Origin: Frankiaceae bacterium
Lineage (GTDB): Bacteria; Actinomycetota; Actinomycetes; JAWWOL01
Assembly: GCA_045807125.1 (NCBI GenBank)
Contig: JBJMHZ010000043.1
Location: 14,357-78,356 of the forward strand
Direction of reading: 5' to 3'
DNA: 64,000 nt
Below, one piece after another: positions 21,855 through 29,967 of the stretch. How positions within the stretch are numbered: position 1 is the first letter of the stretch; each line of letters begins with the position of its first letter. Both the position numbers and the translations under genes were made by a program. The notes below the pieces were generated by a model. It worked only from the letters and a program-made list of their open reading frames with translations, was not told the DNA's origin and did no database searches.

Positions 21855-23450
21855 GTGAGCGGGCCCTTCGTCACCGTGGTGGTCATCGCGTACAACGACG
21901 CGGCGAACCTGCCGACGGCGGTGCGGTCGGTGACCAGGCAGACATTGCGCGACCTCGACATCGTCATCGTGGACGACGCCTCCACCGACGGGACGGGCGC
22001 CGTCGCCGACGAGCTCGCCCGCTCGGACAGCCGCATCCGCGTCGTCCACCTCCCCACCAACTCCGGCGGGTGCAGCCGCCCGCGCAACACCGGCATCGAG
22101 CAGTCGCGCGGTGCGTACGTCATGTTCCTCGACAGCGACGACGTGCTCGACCGCCGGGCGTGCGCCCGGCTGCGCGACGCCGCCGAGCGCACCGGCGCCG
22201 ACATCGCCGCCGGCCGGGCCGCGCGCTACCACGTCACCCGCAAGCGCATGGCCGGCTGGTACGACCGCCTCTACCGGCACGCCGCCGTGCTCGACGGCAT
22301 CCTCGACCGGCCGGACCAGCTGTACGACACGATCTGCACCAACAAGCTGTACCGGCTCGACTTCGTGCGCCAGCAGGGCCTGCGCTTCCCGGAGGGCCTG
22401 CACTACGAGGACCTGCTCTTCACCACCGAGGCCTACTGCACCGCCGAGCGGATCGCGATCGTCCCGCACCTCGTGTACGTCTGGAACGTCGTCGAGGAGA
22501 CCGGCGCGGCCTCCATCAGCAACCGCCGGCTCGACCTCGCCAACTGGCGCGACCGCATCGAGGTTCACCGCCGCATCGACGCCTACCTAGACGGTCACCA
22601 CGTCGGACAGCAACTGCGGACCGCCAAGGACGTGAAGTTCCTCAACCACGACATGCGACTGTTCCTGCGCGACCTGCCGCAGTACGACCGGTACGTGCGC
22701 ATCGAGCTCTTCGCGCTCGTCCGCGACTACGTCCGCGGCATCGACCTCGACGCCTGCGCGGCCGACGCCCGGCTCGTCACCCGCCTCGCCGCGCAGCTGA
22801 CGGCGGCCGGGGACCTGCCGGCCGTCCTCGCGGTCAGCGAGTTGCACGACACCGGCCAGCTCGACGCCGGCCTGGTGCGCGGCGACCTCGACCTCACCGA
22901 GCTGGGTCTCGCCGACGCGCCCCTCGACCGCCTGCCGCTGACCGACATCGCCGAGAGCGTCGAGCAGCGCGGCGCCGTCCTGCGCATCACCGGCGTCATC
23001 CCCGACCTGCTCGGCCGGCTCGCCGCCGCGCCGGCCGCCCCGACCGTGCGCCCCGCCGTCGTGAGCAAGGGCGCCCGCTGGCGCCTCGACCTGCCGGCGG
23101 GCGAGGCCACGCTGCGGGGCGAAGCGCTGCAATACGCGGTCGAGCTCGACCTCGCGCGCGTCGCCGAGCGCATCACCCTGCGGGACCGGCTGCTCCGCAT
23201 CGTCGTGACCGTCGAGGCCGGCGGCGAGCGCCGCGACACCGGCATCGTGCTGCGCGGCGGCCTGCGCGACGTACCGGCCGGCATCCGAGCCCCGGTCACC
23301 TCGCGGTACGCGCCGCTCGTGGGCAGCGAGCTGGTCGGCACGCTCGTCGACGGCACCCTCGGGCTGACGCTGACCGACCGGCACCCGGCGCTCCAGCGCG
23401 CGGTCGAGACCGCCCGGCGGGTGCGCCAGTCGCGCTTCGCCCGCCGGTAG
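21855..23450 (+). CDS. Glycosyltransferase family 2, paralogue of the N-terminal two thirds of the GT2-TagF fusion
   Basis: I chose GTG at 21855. VTVVVIAYNDAANLPTAVRSVTRQTLRDLDIVIVDDASTDGT...NSGGCSRPRNTGIE...FLDSDD aligns by eye, block for block, with 6428-9316 through ...FLNHDMRLFLRDLP. It has no TagF-type domain. Confidence 0.8.
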   Translation: MSGPFVTVVVIAYNDAANLPTAVRSVTRQTLRDLDIVIVDDASTDGTGAVADELARSDSRIRVVHLPTNSGGCSRPRNTGIEQSRGAYVMFLDSDDVLDRRACARLRDAAERTGADIAAGRAARYHVTRKRMAGWYDRLYRHAAVLDGILDRPDQLYDTICTNKLYRLDFVRQQGLRFPEGLHYEDLLFTTEAYCTAERIAIVPHLVYVWNVVEETGAASISNRRLDLANWRDRIEVHRRIDAYLDGHHVGQQLRTAKDVKFLNHDMRLFLRDLPQYDRYVRIELFALVRDYVRGIDLDACAADARLVTRLAAQLTAAGDLPAVLAVSELHDTGQLDAGLVRGDLDLTELGLADAPLDRLPLTDIAESVEQRGAVLRITGVIPDLLGRLAAAPAAPTVRPAVVSKGARWRLDLPAGEATLRGEALQYAVELDLARVAERITLRDRLLRIVVTVEAGGERRDTGIVLRGGLRDVPAGIRAPVTSRYAPLVGSELVGTLVDGTLGLTLTDRHPALQRAVETARRVRQSRFARR

Positions 23451-23460
23451 GGTGGACGCC

Positions 23461-24450
23461 ATGACGTGGCTCGTGACCGGCGGCGCCGGCTACATCGGCG
23501 CGCACGTGGTGCGCGCGCTCACCGCAGCCGGCGCCGACGTGGTGGTGCTCGACGACCTCTCCACCGGCCGGCCCGAGCGGGTCGGCGGCGCGCCGCTCGT
23601 GACCGGCTCCGTGCTCGACGCCGAGATCGTGCGCGCCACCATCCGCGAGCATCACGTCGACGGCGTCGTGCACATCGCCGCCAAGAAGGTCGTCCCCGAG
23701 TCGGTCGAGCAGCCGCTGCTGTACTACCGGGAGAACGTCGAGGGACTGCGCGGCCTGCTCGCCGTCATGGTGGAGGAGGGCGTCGGCCGGCTGGTCTTCT
23801 CATCGTCCGCGGCCGTGTACGGGATGCCCGACGTCGACCTCGTCACCGAGGAGACGCCGTGCCACCCGATGAACCCGTACGGCGAGAGCAAGCTGGTGGG
23901 GGAGTGGCTTGTCGCCGGCGCGGTGCGCGCGCACGGGCTGCGCGCGGTGAGCCTTCGGTACTTCAACGTGGCCGGCGCCGCCGAGCCCGAGCTGGGCGAC
24001 GACTTCGTGCTCAACCTCGTGCCCATGACCTTCGAGCGGCTCACCGCCGGGGAGGCGCCGGTGGTGTTCGGCAGCGACTACCCGACGCCGGACGGCACCT
24101 GCGTGCGCGACTTCGTCCACGTGTCCGACGTCGCCTCCGCCCACGTCGCCGCGTCGCGCCACCTTGCGGACCAGGACGGCCATCAGGTGCTCAACATCGG
24201 CCGCGGCGAGGGCTACTCCGTGCTCGACGTCGTACGGCTCGCCGGCCAGGTCGCCGGCGTCACCGTCGAGCCGCGCCTCACCGACCGCCGCGCGGGCGAC
24301 CCGGCGCGCGTCGTAGCGTCGGCCGACCGCATCGAGGACGTGCTCGGCTGGACCGCGAGCCACGACCTGCGCGAGATGATCGCCTCGGCCTGGGCCGGCT
24401 GGTGCCTGCGCCACCCCGAGGCGCGCGAGCTCGCCGGCCACGGCAGCTAG
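23461..24450 (+). CDS. galE: UDP-glucose 4-epimerase
   Basis: Motifs are MTWLVTGGAGYIGAHV, SSSAAVYG, YGESK and LRYFNVAG. Confidence 0.9.
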   Translation: MTWLVTGGAGYIGAHVVRALTAAGADVVVLDDLSTGRPERVGGAPLVTGSVLDAEIVRATIREHHVDGVVHIAAKKVVPESVEQPLLYYRENVEGLRGLLAVMVEEGVGRLVFSSSAAVYGMPDVDLVTEETPCHPMNPYGESKLVGEWLVAGAVRAHGLRAVSLRYFNVAGAAEPELGDDFVLNLVPMTFERLTAGEAPVVFGSDYPTPDGTCVRDFVHVSDVASAHVAASRHLADQDGHQVLNIGRGEGYSVLDVVRLAGQVAGVTVEPRLTDRRAGDPARVVASADRIEDVLGWTASHDLREMIASAWAGWCLRHPEARELAGHGS

Positions 24451-25697
24451 AGGCGCACCACGCCCGCCCCGCTCGCCCGGCCGCGGGTGTCGAGCAGCAG
24501 CCGCGCGCCGTCCAGCGCGTCGCCCGCGTAGCAGTCGTGGTCCTGCAGCAGGATCGCGACGTCGGCGGCCGGCAGGGCCGCGTCGAGCTCCACCGCTCGC
24601 CGCACCGGCTGGCCGTCCACTGACCACGCCGCGACGTACGGGTCGTGGTAGGTCACCTGCGCACCCTGCTCGAGCAGCCGGCGCGCCACCGGACGGGCTG
24701 GTGACTCGCGCTGGTCGGAGACGTTGCGCTTGTACGTGACGCCGAGCAGCAGCACCGCGCTGCCCCGCAGCGGCTTGCCGTGGTCGTTCAGCAGGTCCTG
24801 CGCGCGGCGCACCACGTACGCCGGCATCCGCCCGTTGATCTCCTGCGCCAGCTCGACGAAGCGGAACGGGTAGCCGAGCGTGCGTACCTTGTACGACAGG
24901 TAGTTCGGGTCGATGGGGATGCAGTGCCCACCGACGCCCGGGCCCGGGCGGAACGGCTCGAAGCCGAACGGCTTCGTCGCTGCGCACGACACCACGTCCC
25001 ACAGGTCGATGCCGAGCTCGTGGCAGAAGACGGCCATCTCGTTGACCAGTGCGATGTTGACGTGGCGGTACGTGTTCTCCAGCAGCTTGGCCATCTCCGC
25101 CTCGCGGGTGCCCTTGGCCACGACGACCTGCTCGACGAACTTGCCGTACAGCGCGACTGCGACGTCGGTGCATGCGGGCGTCAGGCCGCCGACGACCTTC
25201 GGCGTGTTGGCGAGCCCGTACGTCGAGTTGCCGGGATCGATCCGCTCCGGCGAGAAGCAGAGATGGAAGTCGCGCCCCGCGACGAGCCCCGAGGTCTCCA
25301 GGATCGGCCGGACGACCTCATCGGTGGTGCCTGGGTACGTCGTCGACTCGAGCACGACGAGCATCCCCTCGCGCAGGTGCGCGGCGACGGTGGCCGCCGC
25401 CGCCCGTACGGCGCTGAGATCCGGCGCCCCGTCGCGCGTCAGTGGCGTCGGTACGCAGATGACCGCGGTGCCCGCCCCCGCGAGCACCCGCGGGTCGCCG
25501 GTCGCCCGGAAGCCACCCGCGAGCATCTCCCGCACGTCGTCGTCGGTGAGGTCGTCGACGTGCGAGCGGCCGGCGTTGAGGCCGTCGACCACGGCGGCCG
25601 ACGCGTCGAGGCCGGCCACGGCGAGCCCGGCCCCGGTGGCGCCGCGCGCCAGCGGCAGCCCCACGTAACCGAGGCCGATCACGACGAGGTCGATCAT
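24447..25697 (-). CDS. Nucleotide-sugar dehydrogenase (UDP-glucose/UDP-ManNAc dehydrogenase family)
   Basis: Motifs are MIDLVVIGLGYVGLPLA and GPGVGGHCIPIDP (catalytic Cys). I chose ATG at 25697. The longer ORF to 26465 runs antisense into scoB. Confidence 0.85.
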   Translation of the reverse strand: MIDLVVIGLGYVGLPLARGATGAGLAVAGLDASAAVVDGLNAGRSHVDDLTDDDVREMLAGGFRATGDPRVLAGAGTAVICVPTPLTRDGAPDLSAVRAAAATVAAHLREGMLVVLESTTYPGTTDEVVRPILETSGLVAGRDFHLCFSPERIDPGNSTYGLANTPKVVGGLTPACTDVAVALYGKFVEQVVVAKGTREAEMAKLLENTYRHVNIALVNEMAVFCHELGIDLWDVVSCAATKPFGFEPFRPGPGVGGHCIPIDPNYLSYKVRTLGYPFRFVELAQEINGRMPAYVVRRAQDLLNDHGKPLRGSAVLLLGVTYKRNVSDQRESPARPVARRLLEQGAQVTYHDPYVAAWSVDGQPVRRAVELDAALPAADVAILLQDHDCYAGDALDGARLLLDTRGRASGAGVVRL

Positions 25698-25786
25698 CAC
25701 CGGGCTCCTCCGACTGGCGGTCCCCCTCCAGACGCCGTGCGGGGATGCGATGTGACGAGAGGGCTCCGGCCCGGCGGGACGCCAGC

Positions 25787-26458
25787 TCAGCCGGTGAGGG
25801 CGCCCAGCCGCATCTCGGCCGGCTCGCTCTCGACGGCGAGCTCCGGCTCGGTCTTGGCGCGCACCTCGTCCGCCGTCACCCCCGGCGCGAGCTCGCGCAG
25901 CACGAGCCCGCCGTCGGTCACGTCGACGACCGCGAGGTCGGTGATGATCCGCTGCACGACCCGGCGGCCGGTGTAGGGCAGCGAGCACTCGTTCACGATC
26001 TTCGGCGAGCCGTCCTTGGCGACGTGCTCCATGAGGACGATGACCCGCTTGGCGCCGTGCACGAGGTCCATCGCGCCGCCCATGCCCTTGATCATCTTGC
26101 CCGGGATGGTCCAGTTGGCGAGGTCGCCGTCCTTGTTGACCTGCATCGCGCCGAGGATCGCCGCGTCGATCGAGCCGCCCCTGATCATCCCGAACGACAG
26201 CGCCGAGTCGAAGAACACCGCGCCGGGCAGCGTCGTCACGGTCTCCTTGCCGGCGTTGATGAGGTCGGGGTCCTCCTCGCCGTCGTACGGGTAGGGGCCG
26301 ACCCCGAGGATGCCGTTCTCGCTCTGCAGGACGACGGTGACGTCGGCCGGCAGGTAGTTGGGGACGAGCGTCGGAAGGCCGATGCCCAGGTTGACGTACT
26401 GGCCGTCGCCGAGCTCGAGCGCCGCCCGGGCCGCCATCTGCTCCCTCGTGAGCGCCAT
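25787..26458 (-). CDS. scoB: 3-oxoacid CoA-transferase subunit B
   Basis: Motifs are [12 protein letters not shown] and LQSENGILG (catalytic Glu), plus MDLV. The start shares one nt with the scoA stop. Confidence 0.9.
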   Translation of the reverse strand: MALTREQMAARAALELGDGQYVNLGIGLPTLVPNYLPADVTVVLQSENGILGVGPYPYDGEEDPDLINAGKETVTTLPGAVFFDSALSFGMIRGGSIDAAILGAMQVNKDGDLANWTIPGKMIKGMGGAMDLVHGAKRVIVLMEHVAKDGSPKIVNECSLPYTGRRVVQRIITDLAVVDVTDGGLVLRELAPGVTADEVRAKTEPELAVESEPAEMRLGALTG

Positions 26459-27237
26459 CACGCACCCGCCTCCCCGCCGCTGCGCGGCCTCGTCGTGCGC
26501 CGCTCGATGCGCTTCCCGGTGAGCTGCTCGGCCGTCAGCGGGACCACCCGCTGGACGAAGATGCCCGGCAGGTGGATCTCGTCGGGGTCGAGCTGGCCCG
26601 GCTCGTACAGCTCCTCGACCTCCGCGATCGTGACCCGGCCGGCCATCGCGCAGAGCGGGTTGAAGTTGCGCGCGCTCTTGTTGAACACCAGGTTGCCGTA
26701 GCGGTCGCCCTTCCAGGCCCGCACCAGGCCGAAGTCGGCGACGATGGCCTCCTCGAGGACGTACTCGCGGCCACCGAAGTCGCGGGTCTCCTTCGTCGGC
26801 GAGGCGAGCGCGACCGAGCCGTCGGCGTCGTACTTCCACGGCAGGCCGCCCTCAGCGACCTGGGTGCCGCCGCCGGTCGCGGTGAAGAACGCGGGGATGC
26901 CGCACCCGCCGGCCCGCAGCCGCTCGGCGAGCGTGCCCTGCGGCGTGAGCTCCACCTCGAGCTCGCCGGAGAGGTACTGCCTGGCGAACTCCTTGTTCTC
27001 GCCGACGTAGGACGACGTCATCCGGCTGATGCGCCGGTCCATCAGCAGGATGCCGAGCCCCCACTCGTCGACGCCGCAGTTGTTCGACACGACCTTGAGG
27101 TCGTCGACGCCCGCCGCGTGCAGCGCCCCGATCAGCGCCATCGGCACGCCGCACAGCCCGAAGCCGCCGACCGCCAGCGAGGCGCCCGACCGGATGTCGG
27201 CGACCGCCTCGGCCGCGTCGCGGACCACCTTGTCCAT
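26458..27237 (-). CDS. scoA: 3-oxoacid CoA-transferase subunit A
   Basis: Motifs are [47 protein letters not shown] and GDRYGNLVF. Confidence 0.9.
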   Translation of the reverse strand: MDKVVRDAAEAVADIRSGASLAVGGFGLCGVPMALIGALHAAGVDDLKVVSNNCGVDEWGLGILLMDRRISRMTSSYVGENKEFARQYLSGELEVELTPQGTLAERLRAGGCGIPAFFTATGGGTQVAEGGLPWKYDADGSVALASPTKETRDFGGREYVLEEAIVADFGLVRAWKGDRYGNLVFNKSARNFNPLCAMAGRVTIAEVEELYEPGQLDPDEIHLPGIFVQRVVPLTAEQLTGKRIERRTTRPRSGGEAGA

Positions 27238-27281
27238 GCCGGTAGACCCCTCCCGCATCACGTCGTGCCTCAGGCCGGAGC

Positions 27282-28037
27282 CTAGTGGACCTCGGCCGTC
27301 ACCCGCTCGGCGGATCGTCGCCCTTCGAGCGCGCCCCGATCGGCGTTGCGGCACAGCACGACGGAGCCTCCGAGCACCAGCGGGGCTAGCAGCGCGGCCG
27401 TGAGCCCGATGGCGCCGGTCGGCTCCCGCGTCGTGAGCAGCCGGGCGCCGGGCGTCCACCCCTCGGCCGCCGCATGGGCGCCGGCCCGCTCGACCAGCTC
27501 GGCGTGCGCGATCACCGCGCCGCCCAGCTCGACAGCCGGCTCGCCCGGCCCCACCGGGGCGTACGGCGCGAAGCGGTCGCCGTACGACGGCACCTCGACG
27601 GCGTAGTCCAGCGCGCCGGCCGGCAGCGGCGCACCGAGCGGCAGCGGCGCACCGAGCGGCAGCAGCGACAGGGCGAGCACGTCGCGGGCCGAGACCGTGC
27701 CGAGCCGGTCGGCCGCGACGAACGCGGCGGCGAGCCCGGTCGCCGGCAGCGCATCCTGGCGCAGCGGCACCGCGACCGCACCCGCCGCCCAGCAGGCGGT
27801 CAGCGCGACGAGGGCCTGCCAGTGCAGCGGCAGCGCGACGCCGACCCGCTCGCCCGGCTCGACCGCCAGGCCGTCCTGGAGCAGGTTCGCCGTCTTGGCC
27901 ACCCAGTTGTCGAACGTCGCGACCGACAGCTCCACCCGCTCGCCGGTCGCATCGTCGTAGTGGGTCACGAAGGGGCGCGCCCCGTCCTCGGCGACGGCCC
28001 TGCGCAGCAGCTCGTACGGCGTCCGGGGCTGCTTCAT
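27282..28037 (-). CDS. Conserved actinobacterial protein (TIGR03089-like, acyl-CoA-synthetase-related fold)
   Basis: It is a 251-aa ORF with good codon bias. The family call is from memory of the N-terminal block PFVTHYDDATGERVELSVATFDNWVAKTANLL. It contains an in-frame 18-nt tandem duplication (PLGAPL x2). Confidence 0.55.
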   Translation of the reverse strand: MKQPRTPYELLRRAVAEDGARPFVTHYDDATGERVELSVATFDNWVAKTANLLQDGLAVEPGERVGVALPLHWQALVALTACWAAGAVAVPLRQDALPATGLAAAFVAADRLGTVSARDVLALSLLPLGAPLPLGAPLPAGALDYAVEVPSYGDRFAPYAPVGPGEPAVELGGAVIAHAELVERAGAHAAAEGWTPGARLLTTREPTGAIGLTAALLAPLVLGGSVVLCRNADRGALEGRRSAERVTAEVH

Positions 28038-28047
28038 CCGGCGGAGC

Positions 28048-28329
28048 CTACCGTCGAGGCTCTTGCGCGGCCGTCTCCCGGAGCACCCGCAACCGGTCGT
28101 GGTACTCGGCCTCGTCGATCTCCCCGCGGGCGAACCGCTCCGCGAGCACGTCCTCGGCCCGCCGTCCGGCCGGCGGTGCGGGCGGTGCCGGCGGTGCGCC
28201 GCCGGTCCGCGACGAGTTGCGGATCAGGGTCACGACGAGCCAGACGACGGCGACCCAGAACAGCAGCGAGAGGACGCTCATCCCGAACCAGATGCCCCAG
28301 CCAAGGCCGTGGCCCCACCACCAGAGCAT
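28048..28329 (-). CDS. SHOCT-domain membrane protein
   Basis: The 93-aa product has an N-terminal TM segment (WGIWFGMSVLSLLFWVAVVWLVVTLI), a Pro-rich linker and a C-terminal SHOCT-like motif AEDVLAERFARGEIDEAEYHDRLRVL. Confidence 0.7.
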   Translation of the reverse strand: MLWWWGHGLGWGIWFGMSVLSLLFWVAVVWLVVTLIRNSSRTGGAPPAPPAPPAGRRAEDVLAERFARGEIDEAEYHDRLRVLRETAAQEPRR

Positions 28330-28458
28330 GCGCGTCGACCGCCTCTCGCCGTACCGAATCAGAGCGTAAGCCCCCGCCGGGCCGTGGCCGAGCAGGGTCG
28401 AAGGACCCGCCCGGCTCGGCGGAGGGAGCGCCACCCGCGCGCTGATAGCCTGGCCCGC

Positions 28459-29967
28459 GTGACCGTCACGCGTCCCGGCCACGGCGCACCGGTCACCGAG
28501 CCGTCCACGGACGGCCGGCCGCGCCTCCTCCCGCGCGGGCACCGGCGCGGCGTGCTGCTGCTCGCCGGCGCCCTGCTCGCCGGTTACGCGCTGCTCTCCG
28601 TGCTGCGGCACCGCGCGCTGGAGACGACCGCCTTCGACCTCGGCATCTTCTTCGACGCCGTGCACGACTGGTCGCGCTTCTCCCTGCCGCACGTGGCGGT
28701 CAAGGGCGTGCACAGCGGGTACGGGCCCGGCTTCGACCTGCTGGGCGACCACTTCCACCCGATCCTCGCGCTGCTGGCGCCGACCATGTGGATCTGGCCG
28801 CACCCGGTCACCCTGCTCGTCGACCAGGCGGCGCTGATGGCCGCGTCGGTCGTGCCGGTGTGGTCGTACGCCGCCCGGCGGCTGCGCTCGGTCACCGCTG
28901 CCTACGCGGTGGCGCTGGCGTACGGGCTCTACTGGGGCATCCAGACGGCGGTGGCCTTCGACTTCCACGAGATCGCCTTCGCGGTGCCGCTGATCGCGCT
29001 GGCCATCGAGCGGATCGACGCCGGTCGGTGGGTGCACGCCTGCATCGCGATCGCCCTGCTGGCGCTGGTGAAGGAGGACCTACCGATCCTCATCGCCTTC
29101 TTCGGCCTCTACGTCGCATGGCGCGGGCGGCGGTGGCTGCTCGGCGCGGCGCTCGCGGCGTACGGCATCGCGTCCTACCTGCTCATCACCAAGGTGGCCA
29201 TGCCGGCGATCGCCGGCCACGATTACGCGTACTGGAGCTTCGGTCAGCTCGGCCAGGACCTGCCGCACGCGCTGTGGCACATCGCGGCGCACCCGCTGTC
29301 GACCGCGCACCTGCTCGTGACGCCGGCCGTGAAGTGGCGCACCGAGCTGATGCTCTTCGCACCGTTCGCCTTCCTGACGCTGGCCTCGCCGATCGCCGTG
29401 CTCGCCGTGCCGCTGCTCGCCGAGCGCTTCCTCTCCAGCGGGCATCAGTACTGGGTCACCGCCTTCCACTACTCCGCGACGACGGCCCCGGTGATCGCCA
29501 TGGGCGCGGCCGACGGGCTGGGCCGGGTGCTCGACCGGCTCGCCACGAAGCGGCGCGCTTGGTGGCAGCGGGCGCTGCGGCGCTGGCTGCCGCTCGCGAT
29601 GGCCGCCGCCGCCGTCGGGATCGTGGCCGCCTTCCCGTTCCGCGAGCTCGTCGCTCCCCGGCTGTGGGTAGGCAACGCGCACATCGACGCGGGGCATGCG
29701 GCGATCGCGGCGGTGCCGAGCGGCGTCGTCGTCGAGGCGTCGGACGAGATCCAGCCGCACCTCGCCGACCGCACCACCGCCCTGCTGCTCGACGGGCGCG
29801 AGCACGGCGCGCAATACGTCGTCGCCAACGTGGGCAGCAAGGAGTGGCCGCTCAACTCCTTGGCGCGCCAGGCCGCGTACGTCGACCGGCTGCGCGGCGA
29901 GGGCTGGACCGTCGTGCTCGCCAGGGACCGCTACGTCGTCCTGCGGGTACCGGGCGCGCGCCCGTGA
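28459..29967 (+). CDS. DUF2079-like polytopic membrane protein (predicted GT-C-like glycosyltransferase)
   Basis: I chose GTG at 28459. It has many TM helices and the N-terminal block TTAFDLGIFFDAVHDW. Its stop overlaps the next start (GTGA). Confidence 0.65.
   Translation: MTVTRPGHGAPVTEPSTDGRPRLLPRGHRRGVLLLAGALLAGYALLSVLRHRALETTAFDLGIFFDAVHDWSRFSLPHVAVKGVHSGYGPGFDLLGDHFHPILALLAPTMWIWPHPVTLLVDQAALMAASVVPVWSYAARRLRSVTAAYAVALAYGLYWGIQTAVAFDFHEIAFAVPLIALAIERIDAGRWVHACIAIALLALVKEDLPILIAFFGLYVAWRGRRWLLGAALAAYGIASYLLITKVAMPAIAGHDYAYWSFGQLGQDLPHALWHIAAHPLSTAHLLVTPAVKWRTELMLFAPFAFLTLASPIAVLAVPLLAERFLSSGHQYWVTAFHYSATTAPVIAMGAADGLGRVLDRLATKRRAWWQRALRRWLPLAMAAAAVGIVAAFPFRELVAPRLWVGNAHIDAGHAAIAAVPSGVVVEASDEIQPHLADRTTALLLDGREHGAQYVVANVGSKEWPLNSLARQAAYVDRLRGEGWTVVLARDRYVVLRVPGARP

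Noticed and set aside
24447-24450. A shared palindromic CTAG that provides the stop codons of both convergent genes (galE and the dehydrogenase).
   Set aside because: It is real in the sequence, but it is a trivial consequence of tight convergent packing. No functional implication can be supported.
25698-26465. The N-terminal extension of the 672-aa ORF containing the nucleotide-sugar dehydrogenase.
   Set aside because: The canonical Rossmann start MIDLVVIGLGYVG is at 25697. The extension runs antisense through scoB and is Arg/Gly/Asp-rich.
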